Source of the DNA: Leucoraja erinacea
Lineage: Eukaryota
NCBI RefSeq assembly: GCF_028641065.1
Contig: NC_073378.1
Location: 62,558,001-62,622,000, forward strand
Direction of reading: 5' to 3'
Length of the DNA: 64,000 nt
Below are positions 36,523 to 47,917 of this stretch, one piece after another. Both the position numbers and the translations under genes were made by a program. Within the stretch, counting starts at the first letter, position 1, and every line of letters begins with the position of its first letter. The notes below the pieces were generated by a model that worked only from the letters and a program-made list of their open reading frames with translations, had not been told where the DNA came from and made no database searches.

Positions 36523-38050
36523 ACATAGAAATGTAGAAAATAAGTGCGGGAGGAGGTCATTCAGCCCTTCGAGCCAGCACCGCCATTCAATAAGATCATG
36601 TCTGATCATCCAAAATGAGTACCCCGTTCCGGATTTTTCCCCTTGATTCCCTTAGCCCTAAGAGCTAAATCTAACTCTTGAAAACATCCAGTGAATTGGG
36701 CTACACTGCCTTTTGTGGCAGAGAATTCCATAGATTCACAAATCTCTGGGTGAAAATGTTTTTCCTCATCTCTGTCCTAAAAACCCCTTATTCTTAAACT
36801 GTGACTGGTGGTTCTGGACTCCCCCAACATCATTTTTCCTGCATCTAACATGTCCAATCCTCTTAAGAATGTTATATGTTTCTATAAGATCCCTTCTCAT
36901 CCTTCTAAATTCTAGCGAATACAAGCCCAGTTGACACATTCTTTCATAATACGTCAGTCCTGCCATGCCGGGAGTTAACCTGGTGAACCTACATTGCATT
37001 CCCTCAATAGCAATAATGTCCTTCCTCAAATTAGGAGACCAAAAGTGCACACAATACTCCAGGTGCGGTCTCACCAGGGCCCTGCACAACTGCAGTTGGA
37101 TCTCCTTGATCCTAAACTCAAATCCTCTCGCAATGAAGGCCAACATCCATTGGCTTTCTTCACTGCCTGCTGTACCTGCATGCTTACTTTCAGTGACTGA
37201 TGAACAAGGACACCCAGGTATCGTTGCACCTCCCCTTCTTCTAATCTGACACCATTCAGATAATAATCTGCTTTCCTGATTCTTTCCACCAAAGTGGCAA
37301 ATCTCACATTTATCCACATTATACTGCATCTGCCATGCTTCTGCCCACTCACCCAACCTATCCAAGTCACCCTGCAGCCTCATAGCATCCTCCTCGCTGC
37401 TCACAATGCCGCCCAGCTTTGTGTCATCCGCAAACTTAGAGATATTACAATTAATTCCCTTGTCTAAATCATTAATATATATTGTAAACAACTGGGGTCC
37501 CAGCACCGACCCTTGTGGCACCCCACTAGTCACTGCCTACCATTCTGAAAAGGCAGATGAGTTGAACAGGTATTCACTAAGGAGGACACAAACAATCTCC
37601 CTGATGTTCTAGTGGCCAGAGGATCTGCAGTGACGGAGGAGCTGATGGAAATCCACGTTGGGCAGGAAATGGTGTTGGACAGACTGATGGGACTGAAGGC
37701 TGATAAATCACCAGGGTCTGATGGTCTGCATCCCAGGGTACTTAAGGAAGTGGCTCTAGAAATCGTGGACGCATTGGTGATCATTTTCCAATGTTCTATA
37801 GATTCAGGATCAGTTCTTGTGGATTGGAGGGTAGCTAATGTTATCCCACTTTTTAAGAAAGGTGGGAGAGAGAAAACAGGGAATTATAGACCAGTTGGCC
37901 TGACATCGGTGGTGGGGAAGATGCTGGAGTCAATCATAAAATATGAAATAGCGGCACATTTGGATAGCAGTAACAGGATTGGTCCGAGTCAGCATGGATT
38001 TACAAAGGGGAAATCATGCTCGACTAATCTTCTGGAATTTCTTGAGGATT
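36523..38050 (-). mobile_element. CR1-like LINE with inverted 5' segment (37552-38050 on plus strand)
   Basis: Minus: VTSGVPQGSVLGPQLFTIYINDLD...FADDTKL to the tail; plus: KSPGSDGLHPRVLKE...DWRVANVIPLFKKG...NYRPV.LTSV...QHGFTKGKSC.TNLLEF. Confidence 0.88.
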
Positions 38051-38054
38051 TTTT

Positions 38055-38433
38055 GAGACCCAGGTTCAATCCCGACTATGGGCGTCGTCTGTATGGTGTT
38101 TGTACATTCTCCCTGTGACTGTGTGGGTTTTCTCCGAGATCATTGGTTTCCTCCTGCAGTCCAAAGATGTACAGGTTTGTAGGTAAATTGGCTTGGTATA
38201 AATGTAAAGATTGTCCCTAGTGTGTGTAGGATAGTGTTAATGTGTGGGGATCACTGAACATAGAAACATAGAATCATAGAAAAATAGGTGCAGGAGTAAG
38301 CCATTTGGCCATTCAATATGATCATGGCTGATCATCTAAAACAGTACCCTGTTCCTGCTTTTTCCGACGGTGCAGTCTCGATGGGTCAAAGGGCCTGTTT
38401 CCGCACTGTGTCTCTGAACTAAATTAAACTAAA
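38055..38433 (+). mobile_element. V-SINE (head truncated) with nested CR1 tail (38257-38365, minus)
   Basis: GGTTCAATCCC, V-domain and AAACTAAACT tail, interrupted by acatagaaacatagaa... Confidence 0.75.
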
Positions 38434-38929
38434 CTTTAGCCATACCTGGTGTCTCCTGTTATGGGGTTTTGGTGACCATTCCTCTTAGTCTCGGGCATGA
38501 TGAAGAGAATGCATTGTTGTCACTTCAGCTGCTATGTGATTTTACCTTTCAGTTTAGTTTATTGTCACATGTACCGGGGTACAGTGAAAAGCTTTTGTTG
38601 CATGCTAACCAGCCAGCAGAAATTATAAGACACAATTACAATTTCCACAATGTGCAGACACATGATAAGAGTATAATGTTTAGTGCAAGGTAAAGCTCAT
38701 AAAGTCCAATCAAAGATAGTCCGAGGGTCTGCGATGAGGTAGATAGTAGTTCAGGACTGCTCTCAGGTCCCAGTAGGAAGCGATAGGTGCCAAGTCCTGC
38801 CGCAGCTGCTCGGGGTCAGATCTTCCTACTTAGGCCAAAAGTGTCTCTGGGCTTTCCAGATGGCATTAGCAAGATTGAACCTGGACTTCATGTATGACCC
38901 TATATCGCCCGACCTGAATACCTGAGATC

Positions 38930-39785
38930 TGGCAGATAGTGAAGATGGTTGTGAACGATTGCAACAGGACCTGGATCGATGAGTGGTTGATGGAATTTAA
39001 TACAGAGAAGTGTGAGGTGTTGCATTTTGGGCCGTCGAACAAGGGCAGGACCTACACAGTAAATGGTAGGCCTCTGGGTAATGTTGTAGAGCAGAGGGAT
39101 CTAGGAGTACAGGTGCATGGTTCCTTGAAGGTCGAGTCGCAGGGAGATAAGGTGGTCAAAAAAGCTTTTGGCACTTCGCCTTCATCAGTTAGAGTATTGA
39201 GTATAGATGTTGGGAGGTCATGTTGCAGTTGTGTAAGATGTTGGTGAGACTGCATTTAGAATAATGTGTTAAGTTGTGGGCACCATGGGAAAGATATTGT
39301 CAAGCTTGAAAGGATTCAGAAAAGATTTAAGAGGATGTTGCCAGGACTAGAGGGTGTGAGCTATAGGGAGAGGTTGAGTAGGCTGGGTCTCTATTCCATG
39401 GAGCGCAGGAGGATGAGGGGAGATTTTATATACAAAATCATGAGAGGAATAGATTGGGTAGATGCACAGAGTCTCTTGCCCAGAGTAGGGGAATCGAGGA
39501 CCAGAGGACATAGGCTCAAGGTGAAGGGGAGAATAATTAATTGGAATCTGAGGGGTAACTTTTTCACACAAAGGGTGGTGGGTGTATGGAACAAGCTGCC
39601 AGAGGAGGTAGTTGAGGCTGGGCTATCCCATCATTTAAGAAACAGTTAGACAGGTACATGGATAGGACAGGTTTGGAGGGATATGGACCAAGCACAGGCA
39701 AGTGGGACTAGTGTAGCTGAGTCATTGTTGGGCGAGTTGTGCCGAAGGGCCTGTTTCCACACTGTATCACTCTATGACTCTATGA
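38930..39785 (+). mobile_element. CR1-like LINE 3' fragment
   Basis: WLMEFNTEKCEVLHFG...ERRRMRGD...FFTQRVVGVWNKLP; CTCTATGACTCTATGA tail. Confidence 0.9.
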
Positions 39786-39969
39786 CAGCCAGTATGTGGA
39801 AATGAAGTTGTATTTATATCCCTTCTCCCCCTCATTTCAAAGGCTCATCACCTGCCCCACCAGGTTTTATTCCCCATGTCCCATATACCCATCTAACTGG
39901 GTTTCTTACCATTGGTTCATCTTTATTATCTCCCCCACCTGTTTTCACCTGTCCATCGTAATAAAAAGG

Positions 39970-40385
39970 AACAGCTGATGCTGGTTTATACCAAAGATAG
40001 ACACAAATTGCTGGAGTAACTCAGTGGGTCAGGTAGCATCTCTGGGGGAAATGGATAGCTGACATTTCAAGTCGGGGTCCTTCTTCAGACTGAAGAAGAC
40101 TACATCAAGGTCATGACCTGAAACGTCACCTATCCATTTTCACCAGAGATCAATGGTGGTCAATGTTTCAGTTCGAGACCCACCTCAGAACCTTGAAGGT
40201 AGACGGCAAAATGCCAGTGTATAGAATTGAGAGAAAGGGGGTGAAACAGAAGCTGATAGGTGAAACTAGATAAGGGGGAGATGAAACATGACAGACACAA
40301 AATGCTGGAGTATCTCAGCGGGTCAAGCAGCATCTCTGGAGGAAATGGATAGGTGACTTTTCAGGGTGAGACCCTTCTTCAGTTT
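39970..40385. mobile_element. Cluster of Penelope-derived short elements
   Basis: Family arms in both orientations, including ttcttcagactgaagaa centre at ~40081-40097. Confidence 0.65.
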
Positions 40386-40424
40386 GATTGTCGTGGTGGT
40401 GGGGAGGAGTGGGGGGGGGGAATG

Positions 40425-40737
40425 TAGTGGGAGAGTCTAAAATTAGAGGTCATAGCCACAGAATTAAAGGACGTTCTTTTAGGAAGGAGATGAAATTTTT
40501 CTTTAGTCAGAGGGTGGTAAATCTGTGGAATTCTTTGCCATGGAAGGCTGTAGACGCCAAGTCAGTGGATATTCTTAAGGCAGAGATAGATAAATTCTTA
40601 ATTAGTACACGTGTCATAGGTTAAGGGGAGAAGGCAGGAGAATGGGGTTAGGAGGGAGAGATAGATCAGCCATGATTGAATGGCCGAATGGACTTGATGG
40701 GCCGAATGGTCTAATCCTACTATTCATGACCTTATGA
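40425..40737 (+). mobile_element. CR1-like LINE 3' end
   Basis: GESKIRGHS.RIKG..F..EM.FFFSQRVVNLWNSLP; tail. Confidence 0.8.
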
Positions 40738-40969
40738 CAGGAAGCGAGAAAAGACCAGGACAAATCAAGGCCGGCAAAAGATGACTTCATGGACCTCAGG
40801 CAGGGTGGTTCCCTGATAGGCCAATTGTTGTCTAGGGATGGTGTGATCCCTAGAGGGATATATCACATGGAACTATAGCTTTTAATGGAGGAAGGGGGTG
40901 CAGGGAGGGGAGTGTTTGTATATGTTTGCTAAAATTAGAAAATTCAATGTTCATGCCACTGGTTGTATC

Positions 40970-41788
40970 TTATAACCATATAACCAGATAACAATTACAG
41001 CACGGAAACAGGCCATCTCGGCCCTACAAGTCCGTGCCGAACAAATTTTTTTTTCCCCTTAGTCCCACCTGCCTGCACTCATACCATAGCCCTCCATTCC
41101 CTTCTCATCCATATGCCTATCCAATTTATTTTTAAATGATACCAATGAACCTGCCTCCACCACTTCCACTGGAAGCTCATTCCACACCGCTACCACTCTC
41201 TGAGTAAAGAAGTTCCCCCTCATATTACCCCTAAACTTTTGTCCCTTAATTCTGAAGTCATGTCCTCTTGTTTGAATCTTCCCTATTCTCAAAGGGAAAA
41301 GCTTGTCCACATCAACTCTGTCTATCCCTCTCATCATTTTAAAGACCTCTATCAGGTCCCCCCCCTTAACCTTCTGCGCTCCAGAGAATAAAGACCTAAC
41401 TTATTCAACCTATCTCTGTAACTTAGTTGTTGAAACCCAGGCAACATTCTAGTAAACCTCCTCTGTACTCTCTCTATTTTGTTGACATCCTTCCTATAAT
41501 TGGGCGACCAAATTGTACACCATACTCCAGATTTGGTCTCACCAATCCCTTGTACAATTTTAACATTACACCCCAGCTTCTATACTTAATGCTCTGATTT
41601 ATAAAGGCTAGCATACCAAATGCTTTCTTTACCACCCTATCTATATGAGATTCCACCTTCAAGGAACTATGCACGGTTATTCCCAGATCCCTCTGCTCAA
41701 CTGTATTCTTCAATTCCCTACCATTTACCATGTACGTCCTATTTTGATTTGTCCTGCCAAGGTGTAGCACCTCACATTTATCAGCATC
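40970..41788 (-). mobile_element. Young CR1-like LINE 3' fragment
   Basis: ORFs 41059-41337 and 41474-41770; same subfamily as 8190 and 34063. Confidence 0.92.
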
Positions 41789-42825
41789 TTGGATTATACC
41801 ACACCTTCATCTTCAGAGCCAGTGAGGAGTGAGCACTGACCTAGTTGCGAAGCTGACATTTCATATAAACTGTAGAGTGTGGATAAAATCCCTGCAGCAA
41901 TGCTGCATGAGAGGGTGCAACGCAACATTTGCATATTAGCTATCAAATCTGATGGATAGAGATTGCCGGTTGGTCAGAGAATCGTGTGAGGTGCATCCAA
42001 CATTGTTCGAGACCAATAGTATGGAAGGATATAGCTTTTGAAATTATTCACCCTGACTAGGAGCATAAATTCACTAAAGTTTCTCACTAAGGCATCCCGA
42101 TTTTCAGGACATGACTCCTGGCATTGACTGCCATAGTTACAGTATCTGCTGCCTTCAGGGAGTTTGAATGGGGGAGGGGGGGGGGGGGCACCTGTGTACC
42201 CATGGAGAGTGTCTTTCATTTCATTACTGAAAGGGCTTTCAGGCAGCTGTGTAGAATCTGGGAGCCCAGTCTCTTCCAGCCTGTGACTTTCTCCAATGTC
42301 CACGTCTCTGTGAATTCAAGAATGCCTGTCTTCATCTGGCGAAGCCGTAATGCACCCCCCCTTTAAAACTGCTGGCTGACTTTAATGAGGGCAAGCGTAA
42401 TGGTGATAGTTACTGGAATTGAGGCTCTGCTGAGTCGGGGAGCCACTCTGCTGTGCAATTAATCCTGTCTGCATGTGGCTATCACCTAAATGTGCACGCA
42501 ACACACATTTGCCATGCTCACTGCGTGGGAAACAATGCCCTTAGCTTATTATGCACCGCCTTCCCCATACTTGTTTTCCATGTTTACCTGACTGTAATCT
42601 CCTTTCTTTCCAATGACGTAAATGAGCTAATGTTTTGTGACTGCGCAAAATGTAACAATACTTTCCAAACTGTCCCTTTGCTTTGGGGAATACAACAAAA
42701 GGGCTATGCAGCTATTTTTTTATTGTTAAATGTAGATGAATGACTTTGATATCAACAGTAATAAGGAAAATAGGGCATAGTCATTTTATTAAAAAAATGG
42801 ATATTCCAAACAAATAAAGTCCGTT

Positions 42826-43039
42826 AGACACAAAAAGCTGGTGTAACTCAGCGGGACAGGGAGCATCTCTGGAAAGAATAGGTGATGTTTCGGGTCGAGA
42901 CCCTTCTTCAGATAGTCTGAAGAAGGGTCTCGACCCGAAATGTGACCCATTCCTCTACAGAGATGCTGCCTGTTCTGCTGAATCACTCCAGCTTTTTGTG
43001 TCTATCTTGGGTTTAAACCAGCATCTGCAGTTTCTTACT
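42826..43039. mobile_element. Palindromic Penelope-derived element with two opposed hammerhead-like cores
   Basis: ...TTTCGGGTCGAGACCCTTCTTCAGA tag TCTGAAGAAGGGTCTCGACCCGAAA...; flanked by ACAAATAAAG direct repeat (42810, 43040). Confidence 0.8.
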
Positions 43040-43430
43040 ACAAATAAAGCCCTTTGTTACTGAGTGATCATTAGGAGGGACTGGAAAGGCTATCTAAATT
43101 GTCATCTGCTGTATTCCACTGACTGAGACAATAATTCCCTTTATCTCTTGGCAGCTGGGCTAGCCATTGTGTATGGGGGTGTTGAAGAGGGCCCTTGCTG
43201 GTGCCTTTAAATATTTGCAAGATTCTAAAACATCTGTTTCTAGTCTGACCATCTTTGGCAGGAAGGAGCATAGCGATTTACGGATCAGAGAAACAGCACA
43301 ACACTGCTGGCAGTTTTCTGCTTTCTGCTCTCTGATCCAACTGATTTGTTACAGTTTAAAATTACATATTTCCGAATAAATTTTGAATTAAACTACACTA
43401 CAGTATACACTACACCGTATCCTTAACAAC

Positions 43431-43524
43431 TCTGAAGAAGGGTCTCGACCCGAAACGTCACCCATTCCTTCTCTCCAGAGATGCTGCCTGTCCCGCTGAG
43501 TTACTTCAGCTCTTTGTGATCTAC
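43431..43524 (+). mobile_element. Penelope-derived short element with cleanest hammerhead-like core (43432-43459)
   Basis: CTGAAGA A GGGT-CTCG-ACCC GAAAC GTC. Confidence 0.75.
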
Positions 43525-44145
43525 GTTACGATACAATTTGATACGATAAAACTTTATTCATCCCCTGAGGGAAATTGGTCGGCCGACAGTTACAACAAAC
43601 AAGGTACACGAGAACTTGAAATTAAAAGTGAAAACAAAAAGAAAAGGACATGTGACTGTTGGCTGCCGTGTGCACAGTGTCGTCACCGGAACAAACAAAC
43701 ACAGACTTATCCCCTGGGCAGAGGATTCTAAACTAGAGTGCCCCCCACCCCCCGCACCTTTGTTCTCCCACCGTCCCTCATAGCGGTCCCCCTAGGCTCA
43801 GTCCCCATTGTCTTCCCCTCCCCCCTCACTCTCATTGACCGTGAGGCCCCACCGCCATTGAGGCTCCGTTGTGGCCGAGTCCCATGTTGCCGCCGAGACA
43901 CCCGCTGCTGCTGCTGAAGCTCCCATCGCCGCAGAGGCTCCTTCGGCTCAGACAGGCCTCGCCGCCTGGCTTCACCGCAGTCACCTGGGAGGCCTGTGTG
44001 GCGAGTCGGGCCAACCGGCGCGCGTTCCGCTCTTTGGTTGTCATTCTGGTCGTCGGCGTCACGGTTGTTTGGCGGGTGGATCGGGCCCGCACGGCTCCCT
44101 GGGACACTCCCGCCACGAGCAAAGCTCCCCTCCCCAGTATGCTTT
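43525..44145 (-). mobile_element. GC-rich non-coding retroposon with Rex1/L2-like 3' end
   Basis: Minus-strand end AATTTCCCTCAGGGGATGAATAAAG + (TATCG/TATTG)-type repeats; CpG-rich body. Confidence 0.55.
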
Positions 44146-44734
44146 TTAATGCAGTCTTATCGTGCTGTATGAAGCAGCTACTGCATATTTACTAAATTAA
44201 AAGTGCAAAGTTTGGATCTGAGTGAGAAATAGGTTGTGTGGGGGATCGCTGGTCGGTGCGGACTTGGTGGGCCGAAGGGCACTGTATCTCTGAACTAAAT
44301 GTGACACAGGAGCCCCAGGAGTTGGACTCGAACACCCAATGTCCTGTGAAAAGTTGTAGAGATGGTGATTGGATCTGGAAGCGGACCATTGCATCTATAA
44401 ATAAAATTGAACGACCTCAGACATCTTTTCATTTGCACAATTGATTTTATTGTATTAATTTTAATATATTAATGTTTAAAATCCATGCATTGAAGGAAGG
44501 ATATTTTACAGCCCATCTGTGGTCCCTAACCCTAACTGGGCATCACCCGCATGACAGCATGCGTTAGCGTGTATGTCGTGCAAATTGATGGTTTTACGGG
44601 CGTCAGTCACTGACGCTCCGCAGTTGCCAAAAAAATGGCAACGTGGGATAGGCCCTTAAGATATCTTGTTCGATATCTTCAAAACTACTGTTCAAGTTAA
44701 ATATCTTCAAAACTTCTGTTTTGGTTAGATATCT

Positions 44735-45405
44735 TGTGACAATAGACAATAGGTGCAGGAATACCTGGTGAGCATGTTTCCTGCCTCTAGCGTGTCCAAA
44801 CCCTTAATAATCTTATATGTTTCAATAAGATTCCCTCTCATCCTAAACTGCAGAGTGTACAAGCCCAGCTGCTCCATTCTCTCAGCATCTGACAGTCCCG
44901 CCATCCCGTCAATTAACCTTGTGAACCTACGCTGCACTCCCTCAATAGCAAGAATGTCCTTCATCAAATTAGGGGACCAAAACTGCACACAATACTCCAG
45001 GTGTGGTCTCACTAGGGCCCTGTACAACTGCAGAAGGACCTCTTAGCTCCTATACTCAATTCCTCTTGTTATGAAGGCCAACATGCCATTCGCTTTCTTC
45101 ACTGCCTGCTGCACTTGCATGCTTATTTTCATTGGCAGATGAACAAGGACCTCCAGATCGCGTTGTACTTCCCCTTTCCAAACTTGACACCATTTAGATA
45201 GTAATCTGCCTTCCTGTTTTTGCTAGCAAAGTGGATAAACTTACATTTATCCGCACTAAATTGCATCTGCCAACATACCCAACTGTCCAAGTCATCCTGC
45301 ATTCTCATAGCATCCTCCTCACAGTTCACACTGCCACCCAGCTTTGTGTCATTGCAAATTTGCTAATGTTAGTTTGAATCCCTTCATCTAAATCATTGAT
45401 GTATA
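44735..45405 (-). mobile_element. CR1-like LINE fragment
   Basis: YRALVRPHLEYCVQFWSP...GNLIETYKIIKGLD. Confidence 0.88.
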
Positions 45406-45659
45406 TTGGGGGGGGGGGGGGTTGTGTGTGTTAGCGTGTGTGTGTGTGTGTGTGTTAGCGTGTGTGTGCGGGGTGGTAGTTAGTGTGTGTGACGTCACAT
45501 GCCCACCCCCTCACAACCGCACGTTGGGGGAACATCAAAATTTTTAATCAAGCTGCTGTACGAGTCACAGCGCCATCTCACAGATGTCCAATCACAATGG
45601 ATCTCATTTACATATGATATCACAATGGGACAGGGTTGGCAGATGTAATTTAGGGGGCA

Positions 45660-46860
45660 GAGCTCCATTGGAGTTGATGTTCCCGATGCCTACCCTGGTA
45701 CCCTTCCAGAGGTGTTGGTCCTGGCCGATCCTGGCGTTGAAGTCTCCTAGGAAAATAATTTTATCTTTTCTGGGGATTTTAGACAGTGTCTTGTCCAAGC
45801 AGGAGTAAAAGGTCTCTTTTATTTCCTCTTCATAGTCTAAAGTAGCGACATAGGCACACACAATTGTTGCCATCTGGTTGTTGGCAAGCTCCAGACGGAT
45901 GGTCATGAGACGCTCGTTGATGCCCACAAGAGGTTCAGTGAGGTGGCTGATGAGCTGATTCCAGATGGCAAACCCAACACCATGGATCCAGGGCTCATCA
46001 GCAGCTTTTCCTTTCCAGAAGAAAGTGTAGCCAACCTTCTCCTCCTTCAGTTGTCCTTTGTCTGCCCGCCGGGTTTCAGAAAAGGCAGCTATGTCAATCT
46101 GGCATCTTCTCAGTTCTCTTGCGATGATCTCGGTTCTTCTCTCTGCTGTTACAGGTTGCACTATCCATCAATGTGCGCACATTCCATGCTCCACAGTTCA
46201 TATTCATATTTTTGCCGCGTGTGGTGATACCTCTGGATGCGGTAATCCAGTCGGTAAGTTTGAGGCAGGCTATTTTTAGGGCACCTTTTCTAGCCCTTTC
46301 CCCAAGTGGGGTGAGCACAGTGGATCCTAAAGAGGACTGCTCAGTCGTGGGTGCAGCTGCCGAAGAGCTCTTCTGCCTCATTCCAAGAGTCCAGCGACTG
46401 AATCTAGCACCCATCTCACAATCCTGCCCCCGTCGCCACTTCCTGATCGCCATCGGACTTAATCCAGGGTGTTAGGGTGGATTCCCTATATGGAGGATGT
46501 CTGTGTGTGACTTTGTTTAACGTTGGGAGACTGGTGCACAGACAGCCACCACACGTCCTTGACAGATCTGGGTCAGGATCCAGTGGCATGGAATCCAAGA
46601 CGACCGGAGACCCTTTTCTGCTGCAGCCTTCATCCCCTTTCCCAGCCGTTGTGATGCTCCACTAACGTCAGCCATCATTCTCCGCCTGTTCCACCGTTGA
46701 GGTCATGGTTAGATTGCTCTTTGTCAGAGTCCTCCCCCTCGACTTTACCGTCATGGGTGGTTCTACCAGGAGCATAGCTTCAGAAGGGATCACTCTCAGG
46801 ACCACACAAAACCTCTCCACCGTGACAAAGTGACAATCCACAGAGAAGAACACACAGGCA
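45660..46860 (-). mobile_element. RTE-clade LINE 5' portion (5' UTR + AP endonuclease)
   Basis: GAWNVRTL...ERRTEIIARELRR..IDIAAFSETR...GYTFFW.G...HGVGFAI...INERLMTIRL...FY..L...DKIIFLGDFNARIG. Confidence 0.88.
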
Positions 46861-46924
46861 CACACACACACACATATGTACACACACAACACACACACAT
46901 GTACACACTAAAAATAATAATAAC

Positions 46925-47155
46925 AGGTTCGATCCTGATTGCGGGTGCTGTCTGTGTGGAGTTTGCACATTCTCCCTGAGACCCTGTGGGTGTTCTCCGA
47001 GTGCTCCAGTTTCCATTCTCATTTCAAAGGCATGCAGGTTTGTAGGTTAAATGGCGTCTGTAAATTGTCCTTTGTGTGTAGGATAGAACTAGTGTATGGG
47101 TGATTGTTGGTCGGAGCAGAGTGGCTGTTGCTACCCTGTATCTCTAAACTAAACT
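46925..47155 (+). mobile_element. V-SINE, head truncated
   Basis: GGTTCGATCC, V-domain, CTAAACTAAACTA tail. Confidence 0.78.
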
Positions 47156-47917
47156 ACACACACCTTGTTTTGAGCTCCTTGTGTCTCCAGGACATCAGTG
47201 TGCACACCCTTCATGGTCCCATTAGTGGTTAAGAGCGCGCTGAGCTTGTATATTTTACGCTGATAATGAGGATGTGATAGCATGGAATCACAACTATCGA
47301 AAATAATGGTCATTAAAGACATTGAACTGACTTGGTCATATCGATATGAGAAACTTGTGAGCGCAAACTTAAACACTGGAAGAAAAATGTAGCACTTTCA
47401 AAATTGACTATGAATAGAAAAAGTTAGACGAGGAAGTGTAGACGAGTAAGATGAAACAAAATGTCAGTGAAGTTCAGATATTGGAAAACAGTACTTATAA
47501 CAAAGCATGTATCCCTTTCATTTATGCGATGAGTGGATTGAGACGTATTTAGGACAAACAACACAATCGACACAGAAGATGAGAATAAAACTACTCGGAA
47601 TGAGGCCATGTGCAAACATAAGACTATGATCCTACTGGATTGAATAGGGTCACGTGCCAATGCAATTCTGGGAAAGTTACTTGATAATGATCAATATCTC
47701 ATTTAAGAAGATAATAGGAAAGCTGCAAAACCATTTTAACCCTGTGCAATTGGAGATTATGAAGGGTTATTAGTAAGCAGAGGTCAAGAGGGATTACTGG
47801 TTGTCTCGTTCTCCAAAACTGTGCTTGGTTTGATGTGTTTGTTGTTGAATTGGGTTACAAGATAAGTTTGCATGCAGTCTGACTAATAAGCGCAACCAGT
47901 TCCATTTATTAAATATA

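Noticed and set aside
43832-44195. CpG-island promoter or GC-rich coding exon (also 60225-61074)
   Set aside because: Bounded by retroposon tails, with low-complexity translations; better explained as young repeats.
44520-44660. Possible DNA-transposon end (…GTGGGATAGGCCCTTAA)
   Set aside because: No matching opposite TIR found; too fragmentary to call.
47160-47700. Unique CpG-retaining AT-rich stretch as foreign or viral DNA
   Set aside because: Only short ORFs with no recognisable motif; no support.
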